DNA of 64,000 nucleotides from the human T2T-CHM13v2.0 reference genome, Homo sapiens. The stretch is from assembly GCF_009914755.1 (NCBI RefSeq), contig NC_060937.1; one strand, 5' to 3'. Below, one piece after another: positions 1 to 13,499 of the stretch (the first letter of the stretch is position 1; every line of letters begins with the position of its first letter). Made by a program: the position numbers and the translations under genes. The notes beneath the pieces are model-generated. The model was not told the origin of the DNA, did no database searches, and saw only the letters and a program-made list of their open reading frames with translations.

Positions 1-860
<860 letters not shown>

Positions 861-1314
861 TTTATAGCTGTGACTCCTTTCTTATACAATTTGTAGATAG
901 AATAAAAATGAACTCACGCTCGTTTTCATTGAAAAATTAAACTCAATACTTTGATATAAATAAAAACAAAAACACAATATAACAAAAGTTACAGGATGGT
1001 GAGAAAGTAGTGCTCAGAGGAAAATTTATAGCTGTAAACACACCTTTCTCAAACACACCTTTCTCCTAGACAGCACTCAAACACACCATTCTCCTAGAGC
1101 TATGCATTTTATCTTCAAGACACATGAAGAAATATCACAATACAATTATTATAATGGTCTGAGGGCAGGTCTGGTTGAGAACAAGATCTACCTAGCATTC
1201 CTTGAAACAGAGCTTCCAACTTCCTGCTAACATATCTATGAAGATACAGTACTTCAGGCAAAATATTGATTTTAAAGTAAGATTTTCTAATTCATAGGGA
1301 ATTCTGTTTGTTTT

Positions 1315-2060
1315 ATTTTTCTCAAATGGACTTTCTTTTTTAGGACAATTTTGTATGCATAGCAAAATTGAGAGGAAGGTACAGAGATTTTCCCTTTACC
1401 TGCTGCCCCGACACACATATAGCCCCTCCCACTATTAACATCCAGCACCAGAGTGGGACATTTGTTATAGTCAGTGAACCTACATTGATACATCATTGTT
1501 GCCCAAAGCCCGTAGTTTACATTAGGATTCACTCCTAGTGTTGTGCATTCTCTGAGTTTGGACAAATGTGTAATGACATGTACCCGGCATTATAGTATCA
1601 TACAGAGTAGTTTCACTGTCCTCTGTGCCTCATTTATTCATCCCTCCCTCCCCTCTAACCCCTGGCAACCACTGATTCTTTTACTGCCTACATAGTTCTG
1701 CCTTTTCCAGAATCTCATATAGTTGGAATTATATAGTATGTAGCCTTGTCGAATTGGCTTCATTCACTTAGTAATATGCATTTAAGATTCCTCCATATCT
1801 TTTCATGGCTTTTTAACTCATTTCTTTTTAGCACTGAATAATATTCCATTGTCTGGTTGTACCACAGTTTATCCACTCACCTACTCAAAGACATCTTGAT
1901 TTCTTCCACATATTGGTAATTACGAATAAAGCTGCTATAAACATTCATGCGCAGGTTTTCATGTGGACATGTTTTCAACTCATTTGGGTAAATATCAAGG
2001 AGCACAATTGCCGGATCATATGGCAAGAGTATGTTTTGTTTTGTAAGAAACTGCCAAAAT
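1315..2060 (-). mobile_element. L1MC-type 3' UTR/ORF2 end, antisense
   Basis: 'agcaaaattgagaggaaggtacagag...cagcaccagagtgggacatttgtta...gaacctacattgatacatc...gtttacattagg' matches the L1MC1/2 3' end as I recall it. Confidence 0.8.
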
Positions 2061-2419
2061 TGTTTTAATGTAAAAAAACTGTATGATTCAGATGGAAAAA
2101 TAAAGCTGCCTAAAAGGAAAACATTAGAAAGACCTAATATATAAATTTTAAATTACATTACCAAAAGACAAGGACTGAAATTCTAGAGAGTTTAAGCTCC
2201 ACTTCATGTGGAGCTGTAATTAAGACTTTTCTATATGAGTATTGTCATTCATTTATGAAAGCAGAAGACAAATATTCTCAAAGATACAAGGGCTCAGACA
2301 ATCTGTTACCCAGGTAACTTTTCAAAAATTACTTGAAATGAACTCTAAGCATCCAAAGGATAAAGCAAATTAAGAATTCAAGCATGGAGAATTATTGTGT
2401 AAGAGGACCGGTGGTAAAT

Positions 2420-2880
2420 ACAATTTTCTCTGACCTCACTAATTAGAACAAATCCCACATTATAGGTTCTTTAGGACTTGGTACTTCTGACTGACACTTG
2501 TCACAGTTGCTGGTGTATACATGTTGCTAAAATTGCTTGATCAAGATCTGCGGCTGAGATTATACTATGTGGTCCCTCTGAGAAGGCAATGAGAGCTGTT
2601 GCTCACTTTTGTAGGTACTTCTGCCACCAGCATGATGCCTGGCATCAGGGCCGGCACTGCCTTTTTTGTAAATGAATGAGCATGAACAAATGAACCTGAT
2701 GCTTTCTCTATTCTTGTACTTACCCACCCTCACCTGATTATAATATATGTCCGACACATGTCTCCTTTGTGAATTACTCAAGGACAAAGACGTTGCCACA
2801 TTCGTCTCTGCATCCTAAGAGTGTCAGAACACTGCTCAAGCTAAACAGTCACTTAATATTTCCTGAATTATTGAACTGAA
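2420..2880 (+). mobile_element. Two degenerate L2 3'-end fragments
   Basis: 'gcatgatgcctggcat...aaatgaatgagcatgaacaaatgaa' and '...cttaatatttcctgaattattgaactgaa' tails. Confidence 0.5.
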
Positions 2881-4314
2881 TTCTCTGCCACATCTTCCCC
2901 TTCACTATACACCCCCACCACACAAAACAACCAAAATGGCATATGCTCTCTCACACCTCCATGCCTTTGTGTGTATTGTGTTTTATCCTGTGATATTTTT
3001 CTCCCACTTTCCCCACTTCATGTGAGTAGTTGCTTATCTATTCAGAGGGGTTTTGAATAGCTAAATAAATTGTTGGCCAACTTGGAAGTAGCGATATTAA
3101 ATTGGGTACCATGCATCCCGGGAGAGTCTGTAAATGACAGCCAGGCATTTCTGAATTTACTTGAGTTTGGTTTTAGTATAGAGGAGAGCATTGTCTCAGA
3201 GGATACAACGTTTTCAAGGTTTGGTAAAAGAAGCTGGGCCCAAGGTTTAGCTACATTGTACTCAAATTATTTTTCAGTCTTTTGGTTATACTCATGAAGT
3301 TAACTGCTTTTAAGTTCTTTCCTTAAATTGGAAGATGAAAGGAGGGAAATTCCTCAGTGTCTTTTAAACTTTTAATCTAATTAATTGTTAAATCAAGAAA
3401 TGTTCTTTATCAAAATTTCCTTTGGTTTACTGTACTAGACTCATTTTTTTCTATCATGTGAAAGTGCCAGAATTTTTGATACTTAGAGGATTCAATTAAA
3501 GTTTTAATGGGAAGATTTAGTCAATCTTTTAAAATCTGTTTTTTTAAAAAAGATTATACTTTCTTAGATGTCCACACTATAGTTAGATTTGCTTGTCTAT
3601 AAATAGTCTCTTTTTTTGTACTTATTTTTGCTGAGATTTTTTTTTCTGCTCTTGAAAGTCTGAGAAAAATCTAACCCTACTTGGCTACTGATGAGAGCTT
3701 TCATGTACAGTAGTTATAAGTAGCACACCTGCTGAGAAACTGTTTGCACATAAGGAGAACTGAAGTGCACAGCTTTGCCTGAGAGAGTACCAGCAATTTG
3801 GGGTGAGCAAGGAATTCCAAGTAAAATGCGAATCAACATAAACTGATAGACCCATGGGTCAAAATAGACTAAAAACAATTCAAAATTGCTATGATAAATT
3901 AATGTGGAAAATATTACATGAAAGTCATTGCTGTGGATATCACATAAAGACATCTTACTGAGACAGAAAATGCCAAGGTATTACAAGAACAGCTGCACCA
4001 TTCTTTATACCCTAAGCAAAATGAGGATGTCCTAGAAAGCAGCCCTCAAATTCTATTTTTGACAATGTCAAATCCATTTTATAAAATCTGAAAAGTTCTA
4101 GAAGCAGTCAAACATGGGAAGCAAATATTGCTCAGGATACCATTTCTTTGATATAAGAAAAAGTGAAATGTGTTGGTTCCTGCCTACAAATGCAAGAGAT
4201 AGAAACCTGAAAAATTAAAGTTCTGTTATTAATCTACTTCACCCAATTGTCATCGCAATGGTTACTGATTATCAATTACTCTTGTCACTTATTGATTTGG
4301 CCTTGAAAAAGTAT

Positions 4315-4456
4315 GAGTTCTAGGATAGGAGTCGGGGTTTCAGGAGACTGGTTTCAAACCTGCCATTTTCTAGCTGTGTGCCCATGAGTTAGTCCTTTCC
4401 TCTTTTGGAGTTTCAGTTTCTCTATTTGTAAAATTAGGAGGTTGAATAAAATGATT
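4315..4456 (+). mobile_element. MIR
   Basis: MIR core 'ctagctgtgtgcccatgag...tttcagtttctctatttgtaaaattaggag'. Confidence 0.7.
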
Positions 4457-5320
4457 GCACTTTTGGTTTTGTGACTAAAGTTGGTTATATAAAAATGAGA
4501 TATAGTTCATGATCTGGAAATGAGAACAAGATAAAAATCTGACAAAAGTTAAGAAAGGAGAGTTGACTTACATAAAAGGCAAAAAACAGCATTCCATTCA
4601 TATATTGGCATATCAACATCTACAGATAAGTTTGATGTTAAAGATACAAAAAAGAATGGTAAAACTTTAAGCCAAGAAGTCCAAATAAATAGGTGACTGC
4701 ATCCCAACTCTCCATGAATGTTAGAGGTTGTCTGGAGCAGGATATAAAAGATTCTAAGGCTCAGTCTGGCCTCAGTGGAAAAGAATGCTGTGATTTATTA
4801 ACAATGTCTGCTTAGGCTCAGAAAGGGAAAGTGGCAGTGTTGCAAGATGCTTGCCACATAAGTTCTAAAACAGTATTCTAGCCATATATAGAAGATAGCT
4901 GTTACTAGTTTCTGAAGATACGTCTAAAACTTTAGGGCAGCCTCTATTCCCAAATATCACAACGTATAATCTGGCACATAAAACACAATAAAATATAACA
5001 TTAAAATGTAAGTAAATCCTTTCAGGCCCGTACTGTTCTACAAATACAAATACTGTTCTAAAACAGTAAACAGTGGAAATACTGTTCTACAATTCAGATT
5101 AAAACAGAAAAGTTAGTTGCAACAAAGACTGCCACCCACCATCCAGTTGTCATTGATCTTTTCTCTGGCAATAGAAGCCCTGGTTTTATGTGGGCCCATG
5201 GCTGCCCAGAATATGTACACATTTCTTAGCCTGTCTTGCATATCGATGAGGCTATGTGACTAAGTGCTAGCCAATGAGACATGAACAGAAATGATGTGAG
5301 CAACTTCAGTGTTATACTTT

Positions 5321-5670
5321 TGTTGGGGCTCAGAAACCTGTACCCCAAATACGGCACTTTGACATGTTGGACTAAAGAAGCAACCTTGACTGGCTGCTGT
5401 GGCTCACGCCTGTAATCCCAGCACTTTTGGAGGCTGAGGCAGGCAGATTGCATGAGGCCAAGAGTTTGAGACCAGCCTATACAACATAGTGAAACCCCAT
5501 CTCTACTAAAAATACAAAAATTAGCCAGGCGTGGTGGCACACACCTGTAATCCTAGCTATTTGGGAGGCTGAGGCATGAGAATTACTTGAACCCAGGTGG
5601 CGGAGGCTGTGGTGAGCCGAGATCTCTCGCCACTGCACTCCAACCTGGGCAACTGTGGAGACTCTGTCTC

Positions 5671-5727
<57 letters not shown>

Positions 5728-6351
5728 GCAGCCTCAAGGTGTCTCTGACCTTCCCCCTCATATACACACCTGTCTCTCAATCCTGTCTGTCCCAAATCAC
5801 AGGATGAAGCTGTCTGTCCTCTGAAGTCTGGATCCTCCTTATCTGCCAAAAGTATGGAACCACCAAAGAAGAAAACAGTTATCTCTGGTTCCTTCCAGGA
5901 GTGGCCATTAACTGAACTCAGGTCACAGGAAGAAAGACTGAAGTCTGTAAACACACCTGGACAGATTTTTGTCACCAACCATTGTCTTTCAGTCCAATTT
6001 AGTTTTTCAGAGAGAATCATTTACCAGCTGTTTTCTACTCTGCAGGCCCAAAAGACTTTGTCCCGGGCCACTGTATGTTCTCCAAGTCCATTTATTTCCC
6101 CAAAACATCCCTTACTATCCCTCAAATTGCCACATTTGCCCCAGCTCCTCTTTCCCTATGAAGAAGGGTATACCTCGTTTATATGTCTGCACCTCACTGG
6201 ATTACTGGGTAATCAATCTCATGTGATTCTCCTGCACCTTTGAACATTAAAATAAATTTTGTAGGCCTTCTCCTACTAATGTGCCTTTTGTCAGTTGATT
6301 TCTCAGTGAACCTTCAGAGGGCAAAGGGGACTTTTCCTTTTGGCTGCTACA
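5321..6351 (+). mobile_element. ERV1 solo LTR (MER39B-like) containing an Alu
   Basis: Starts TGTTGGGGCTCAGAAACC, has AATAAA near 6251 and ends ...gctaca. Clearly homologous to 57785-58368. Confidence 0.75.
5390..5724 (+). mobile_element. Alu with long poly(A) followed by (TA)n
   Basis: Full Alu, then an A-run (5671-5697) and TA repeats to 5724. Confidence 0.95.
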
Positions 6352-6764
6352 CTCCTAAAGAGAAGGGATACGCCTACCCCTTTCCCTTTTCCTCTTCCTT
6401 CTAGCCACAATGCAGACTGGGTGGCGTGAGCCATGATGGGATGAAGAAGAGGTAACACCCGGGAGTTACCCATCAGCCTTAGCCTGCTTACACACGGGAG
6501 TTACATGCAACAGAAACTATTTTCTCTCTTGCTTAAGGCACTATTTTTCCAGCTTCTGTTAAACAACCAAATACATACCTTACCTAATAAAATAGCTACC
6601 CTGGGGTATGGGAATATGCATAAGAAATTCATGCTTCCTTGTGGGAAATGTGACATGATTCAGGAGAAAGTTATTCCCATGGTGCAGGTATTTCCAAATA
6701 ACAGGAGGTGAAAGTTGTGATGTAGCTACTAAACAGATCTTTTGTTGAGGCTTATCTCTTCTAT

Positions 6765-6980
6765 CAAAGTTGGCAACCTATGATCCATGGGCTGGATCCA
6801 ACCAACAGTCTGTGCTTGTAAATAGTTTTAGAACACAGCCATGCGTATTCATTTACATATTTTCTGTGGCTGCTTTTCAAGTTACAATGGCAGAGCTGAG
6901 TAGTCGTGACAAAGACTACATGGCCTACAAAGCCAAAATAGTTACTACCTGGCCCTTTCCAGAAAGTTTGCTGGCTCCTG
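6765..6980 (+). mobile_element. MER58A (hAT-Charlie MITE)
   Basis: 'ttggcaacctatgatccatgggctggatcc...gaacacagccatgc...ggccctttccagaaagtttgctggctcctg'. Confidence 0.85.
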
Positions 6981-7865
6981 TCTTCAAAGATGGCAGCCTT
7001 TACACCCACGGGAACTCTAGCTAACTGATTTCAGATACCACTTTTTCTTTTTTCCATCTGGTAGTTTGCTCACATCTAAGTATTAATATACTCAATACTC
7101 TTCTTTCAGTTTATTCAAACATGCTATTTTCTGCTAAAGAACTATTTGAGAATTTTTAATTTCCTACTTCTTTCCTTGTAGTTACACTTGAGTGTCACTT
7201 AACTATAGAGACATTTTGCGCACAAAAAAGGTTATCTCTGCAATAGAATTAGTACATTACAAAGGTGAGTGGGGAAAACAAGTGGGGAGGGGCGCAGCGT
7301 TCTGGCTGTTGATTCTCCTGTCTCACATTCTGGCCTCAAAGCCAGTGAAATCCAAGTTCACACCCTGACCTCCAATGTCTCTGAGAACAGTGACTTTCTG
7401 TCACTGTTAAAGAAAATATATCTAAAATACTTAGAGCAAGACTGTGTTAAATCCAAAAATGTTATGGGTCTATTTTAGCAGAAGTTTTAAGATACGAGCC
7501 AATCTGAGTCTCGAAAGGTGAACTTGACTTGAAAAGACTCAAGCCATTAAGACGTGATAAAGACTATGGAAAGCTATTGATCAAAATTAAGACAAGACAG
7601 AGAAACTCAATTGATACATGTGGATAAATCTACACATGGAAGGAAGTTGTGCCTTTCTTTTCAAAAATAATTCCTAAATTAGATTCGTTTTAAATATCCA
7701 CCAACTATAACATGCCTGTCTTAATACCCGTGAGATTCCACAACCTAATAAAAAAAAATTTATGTTCAGAAAAATCTAACATTGCTGGGAGTATGTTTTT
7801 AAACTATATATAGTTGTGTATATATTTAGAAAATGTACTAATTTTATTATACTTATATTCTAGAG

Positions 7866-8183
7866 CTGTGCTCTCTAGTATGGTAACCACTAATCACATG
7901 TGGTTTCAAGGGCTATTGAGTCCTTGAAATTTGGCCAGTCAAAACTGAGATCATATAAAATACTCTCAAGATCCTAAAGACTTAGTGTGATACAAAAGAA
8001 TGTCAAATATTTCAATTCTTTACATTTTGATTACATATTGTGATGATAATACTTTAGATACACTGGATTAAATCAAATATACTATTAAAATCAACATATC
8101 CTTTTTTAGCTTTTTAAACATAATGACTAGAAGATCTTAAATTATAAATGAGGTCCATATTATATTTCTATTGAACAGTACTG
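7866..8183. mobile_element. MER33 (hAT-Charlie MITE)
   Basis: 'ctgtgctctctagtatggtaaccactaatcacatgtgg...tatatttctattgaacagtactg'; 8-bp flanks ttctagag/gcctagag. Confidence 0.8.
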
Positions 8184-8191
8184 GCCTAGAG

Positions 8192-8713
8192 CACTGGTCC
8201 CCAAGCCCTGGGCCATGGATGAGTGCTGGTCTGCGGCCTATTAGGAACGGGGCTGCACAGCAGGAGGTGAGCGGTGAGCAAGCGAGCAAAGCTTCATCTG
8301 TATTTACAGCTGCTCCCCATCACTCACATCACCTGAGCTCCGCCTCCTCTCAGATCAGTGGCAGCATTAAATTCTCATAGGAGCATGAACCCTATTGTGA
8401 ACTGCTCATTTGAGGGATCTAGGTTGCATGATCCTTATGAGAATCTAATGCCTGATGATCTGTCACTGTCTCCCATCACCCTCAGATGGAACCATCTAGT
8501 TGCAGGAAAACAAGCTCAGGGGCTTTCACTGATTCTACGTTATGGTGATTTACATAATTATTTCATTGTATATTACAATGTAATAATAGAAATAAAGTGC
8601 ACAATAAATGTAATGCATTTGAATCATCCCCAAACCAAACCCCAACTCTGGTCCATGGAAAAATTGTCTTTCACAAAACCGGTCCCTGATGCCAAAAATT
8701 TTGGGGACTGCTG
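8192..8713 (+). mobile_element. MER1A (hAT-Charlie), full length
   Basis: TIRs cactggtccccaa / ttggggactgctg, 522 bp, 8-bp flanks gcctagag/gtttagag. Confidence 0.9.
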
Positions 8714-9322
8714 GTTTAGAGTATCTAAGAGTACTTTCTTCCTCAGAGGCAATTGTCAGCTTTGGACTTCTGAGAAACCTACCACCATGATACTGGTAAC
8801 CAATAAATGTAAATTTTGTATTGGATATTTCAATGAAACGAAAAAAGCATTTTGTCTAATCCCAAAACATGGATTGTAGTTTTAAGACTCTATTTAGAAA
8901 TAATAAAATAAAGTGTCTAACTTACATTTTTCTCCTTACTTTTCTCATTTTAATGTTACTGATTTCAAAGAGAAGATTTTGTTTGGATGGAAAGCAAGAT
9001 GTGGTCTCAGTTATAAGTAGGAGGAGGGAAAAAGACCAAAAATAGAACTGACAAGAGAATGTTGCCAGATAAGAAACAATAACTAGACTTGCAATAAAGT
9101 TCGACCAAAAATAACCTCTGTGAAGAACAAAAAATGGAACACCTGAAATTATTTCTTTAGATGAAAACTTCTTCAGTGCTGCACCTTTACAATCAGCCTA
9201 GGGTACTAACATGGTATAGGATTAGACGAGGGAACAGCTTCTATAGAAAAAACACTTATTACTTCCTAAGATTCTTCATTGATATGCTCTCTACAGATAA
9301 GACAATCTTACTTAGCCAATGA

Positions 9323-9463
9323 ATTTTTTAATTGGCACATCATAATTGTACATATTTATGGGGTACAAGTGAATGTTTTGATACATGTGTAGGTTGTATA
9401 ATAATCAAATAAGGGTAGTTAGCATACCCATCGCCCCATAGATTTGTATTTTATTGTAGTGAG
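9323..9463 (-). mobile_element. L1MA 3'-end fragment
   Basis: 'cataattgtacatatttatggggtaca...tgttttgatacatg...aatcaaataagggtagttagcata'. Confidence 0.75.
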
Positions 9464-9865
9464 TTAGTCTGTGAACTCCAAAACATCATATTACAAAGTG
9501 CTTTTCTTCCTGAAACAGTTCTAAAATCCTAACTTAATTTTCTGGCCATTTAAATTTACTTTAATGAACTATTCTATTCAACCAATCACCATTCTTGTAA
9601 GTTCTTCCACAGAACAGAAGAGCATGTGCTGACTGACAGTACTCACCTGCCTCCCGGCCTATTGTTTTGAATGATTTACTCACAAAAGAAATATTTCACC
9701 CAGCAGAAAGGTGGAATATCTGAATGCACCTTTCAATCCTCCTAAGACCCACTTGAAAGTTATCTCCCACTGCTCTTTCAACATCACCTGTCAAGAATAA
9801 AAGTGTTGTGTCACTCAATCCAGTGGTTTGGACCTTGAAACCAGTGAAAAATGCTTGCTTTAACA

Positions 9866-10198
<333 letters not shown>

Positions 10199-11648
10199 TT
10201 AACCTCAGTGCCCAGTTATAGAAATGCCTGTGTGATCATTTCTGAAGACCAGTTGCTACTGAGGTCAACAGGAAGACATAAAGTCTGATTCTTCTGTTTC
10301 TAATTTACAGGTGAAAGAGTACTTCACTTGCCCCTGCACCTCAAAAACAAACAAACCCAAACAAAGAAAACCCCCAAAATGCTTTCCTTTTTCTTTTTAA
10401 ATTACTGAAAGACCAAAGGCAAAAAGAAGATGTATGAAATGTTCAGAACACGGTATTTTTCTTTAATAGGGCTTGTGATCCTAGGAATAACAACCCTACC
10501 TCCAACTTAATGAACCTGCAGCAAGATCTTGCAGCTATGCCTCACCTAGAGTTGCAGAAGGCATATTCACAGGAACATTTAGTATTTGGACTGATGGAAG
10601 TAAGTAGAGTCTGTGCAGAGGGAAAAGAAACTTGAAAAAGACTAGAGAGAGAGAGAAAGAGAGAAAGGACAGGGTGGCACCTATTCTCAATCAGCCTCTG
10701 GGACTAGGTCTAATCTTCCCCAGAAAGGAATGAGATAGGCCATTTTGGTAAGAAAACTTACGAGACTGTACTCAAGCTTGAGAGTCTAATGGACAGGATG
10801 TGACTCCAGAGTCCAGAGGTATGGCCAGGTGTTGATGTGGTGAAGCAAGCCAAGGCAGGCTGGCATGGCACTGGTCGTGGGCCCCTCACCAGGGGTAGCT
10901 GAGGAAGTGAGTGTCCATATGAAAGACATTGAGTTCACCTATGTCCTTGATGGTATCATGCTCTTGCTTTCATCATCTTCCTCACTGCTGCCATCACAGT
11001 CTTCACAACCTCACTGTCAATGTGTTGCCTTTAAAAAAAAAAAACTGCTAATAGAAACAATTTTGGAGGATATGGCCAGTGGAATCATTGCTTCTGTCAC
11101 AACGTCTGTGCAGCAATGGTGAGCTGTGGGCCAAGGTTGGACACCAGCAAGGAAGCACTATGGCCACTCTCCCAATGCAGCAAAGTTCTCACAATGGGTG
11201 CCACTGCAGCCACTGTGGCCAGCTGCCTGCTTCCTGTGGATGGACAGCTGAGGTGGACAGATAGGAAAAGATCAGAGAACTTGATCAAGGGCACACGTGA
11301 GACAGAGCTTTAGGAGGGACTGAGGTCTGGCCAATGTGTTCATGTGGCCTCCTAGTTAAACTCAGAGCCTGCAGGGGCTTCTGTGCTTTCAGATCACATG
11401 CAACCTTTCTACCAGAGAAGGAAGCATAAGTCAAGTCAGAATCCCCAATCCCAGGAGTGATATTATTACTATATATTTGGAACAATAAGCACAGAGAATA
11501 CAACTTTTCATATTTCAGATTGGAATTTTCCATTTGAATAGGTGTTTCAATATTTATCTCACACTACTCGATAGGCAGACTCATGAACATGATAGTAAAT
11601 ATTTTTTGAAAATTGAATTATGTTTTACATTTCTCTAAGCAAGATCAC

Positions 11649-12036
11649 GTGAAGGCCACAACTCCATCTTAGATGTTAATTCACCACGTTAATTTCTGGT
11701 TACTCCCCATTCCAGGAAACTCTCTAAGATTTCTACTTTATGTACTGTTACTGTAAATCTTGCCCTTAGGAAATACCCATAGCATTCTTGCCTTTCCCTA
11801 CAATTGTCCTACACATTCCTTCCCTATGGTATATGAGTCCTGGGTCTGGGGGTAATAGTGCAGAGATCCACCATCTTTCCTGGCAGCTACCCAAGACTAG
11901 AGCTTCTGTTGGTAAGACCCTATTTTAATATTTATGTTTCTTTTTGATAAACTGGATTTGTCAGCCTCTTTCTTCTGCCTCTCAGCTTCCTCGGCTTTTA
12001 AGGGTAGGTTTGCATAGACGTGCTCACCACAGAACA
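11649..12036 (+). mobile_element. Solo LTR (LTR47-like)
   Basis: 'aactccatcttagatgttaat...ctctaagatttctacttt...ctgtaaatcttgcccttagg...aactggatttgtcagcctc...agaaca'; subfamily from memory. Confidence 0.6.
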
Positions 12037-12166
12037 GATGATATAGAAAGGAATCCATAATAACAGCCCTGGTTAAAACATCAACCACTAAATGCGTTTG
12101 TTTTCTACAACTGGATTTTTACATCCTATTTTCTAGAAATGGGATATAATTTAAATTGAATTCTAC

Positions 12167-12467
12167 TTTTTTTCTTTCTTTCTTTCTTTTTGAGACTTTG
12201 TCTCACCCTGTCGCCCAGGTCAGAGTGCAGTGGTGTGATCTCGGCTCACTGCAACCTCCACCTCCTGGGTTCAAGCAATTCTCCAGCCTCAGCCTTCTGA
12301 GTAGCTGGGACTACAGGCACCCACATGCCTGGCTAATTTTTGTATTTTTAGTAGAGACGGGGTTTCACCATATTGGCCAGGCTGGTCTTGAACTCCTGAC
12401 CTTATGATCCACCCACCTTGGCCTCCCAAGGTGCTGGGATTACAGGCATGACCCACAGCAACTGGCC
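12167..12467 (-). mobile_element. Alu (AluS-like), antisense
   Basis: T-rich tail followed by reverse-complement Alu body. Confidence 0.95.
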
Positions 12468-12469
12468 AA

Positions 12470-12710
12470 ATTCAACATATTTTTATTGAGCACTTAACAT
12501 GTGCTATGCTTTGAGTTAGTTGCTAGAGACTCAAAGATGAATAAAACATAGTTCTTGTCCTTATAGTGGCAAAGGATTGTCAGAGAAGATAGATATAAGG
12601 TCATGAGGGAAATATCAGCATCAAGAAGGAAGTGATTAATTCAAGACTGATGGGGAGAAGTCAAGATAACATTATGGCATTGGAGCTGGAGCTTAAAAAA
12701 TATTTGAGAT
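12470..12710 (-). mobile_element. L2 fragment, antisense
   Basis: 'ttcaacatatttttattgagcacttaacatgtgc...gatgaataaaacatagttcttgtcc'. Confidence 0.6.
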
Positions 12711-12714
12711 TATA

Positions 12715-12876
12715 CCAAGGTGCAGTGCCACATGCCTGTGGTCCCAGCTACGTGGAAGTCTGAGGAAGGAGAATCTTTTGAGACCAGGAGTTAGGGTCTG
12801 CAGTGAGCTATGATCACACCTATGAATAGCCAGCACTTCAGCCTAGTCAACATAGTTAGACCCCATCACCAAAAAA
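12715..12876 (+). mobile_element. FAM (fossil Alu monomer)
   Basis: Monomer retaining the 7SL-like 'atcacacctatgaatagcca' segment that dimeric Alus lack. Confidence 0.7.
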
Positions 12877-13122
12877 TATATACACCAGGTAGTTAAGCAA
12901 GGGAGGGGTGTTCCAAACATAAAAAAATATGTACCTGGGGGAAGCTAGATGAAGAGTACACTAGGATCTCTCTATATCATTTGTGCATTTTCCTGTGAAC
13001 CTGTAATATTACAAAAGTAATTTTTTTAAAATAAAAAAGGACACATGCTAGTGTTCATATATATGAACATGCATGATTTTTAGGAGAAATAACAATCCTG
13101 GATGAAGGATTGGGATAGGAGG

Positions 13123-13499
13123 TGTATTAGTCTATTCTCACACTGCTATAAAGAACTGCCCTAAACTGGGTAATTTATAAACAAAATATGTTTAATTGAC
13201 TCACAGTTCCACATGGCTTGGGAGGCCTCAGGAAACTTACAATCATAGCAGAAGGGGAAGCAGGCCTCTTCTTTACAAGGTGGCAGGAGAGAGAGAGAGA
13301 GCATGTGGAGGAGGAACTTTCAAACACCTAGAAAACCATCAGTTCTCATGAGAACTCACTCACTATCATGAGAAGAGTATGGGGAAACTGCCCCCGTGAT
13401 CCAGTCACCTCTCACCAGCTATCTCCCCCAACACATGGGGATTATGAGGGTTACAATTCAAAATGAGATTTGGGTGGGGACACAAAGCCTAACCATATT
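13123..13499 (-). mobile_element. MaLR solo LTR (THE1D/MSTA-like)
   Basis: 'tgtattagtctattctcacactgctataaag...tgagatttgggtggggacacaaagcctaaccata'. Confidence 0.9.

Larger units (their letters stand above)
5130..6590 (+). mobile_element. Old ERVL-type LTR (LTR16/LTR33-like), split by a younger ERV1 LTR
   Basis: 'catttcttagcctgtcttgca...tatgtgactaagtgctagccaatgagacatgaacagaaatgatgtg' continues after 6351 with 'aaagagaagggatacgcc...cttgcttaaggcactatt'. Confidence 0.55.

Noticed and set aside
1036-1097. Short repeats aaacacacctttctc x3 (also tactgttcta x3 at 5031-5089)
   Set aside because: Ordinary slippage micro-duplications with no further structure.
8358-8879. 173-aa ORF
   Set aside because: Mostly non-autonomous MER1A sequence; chance frame.
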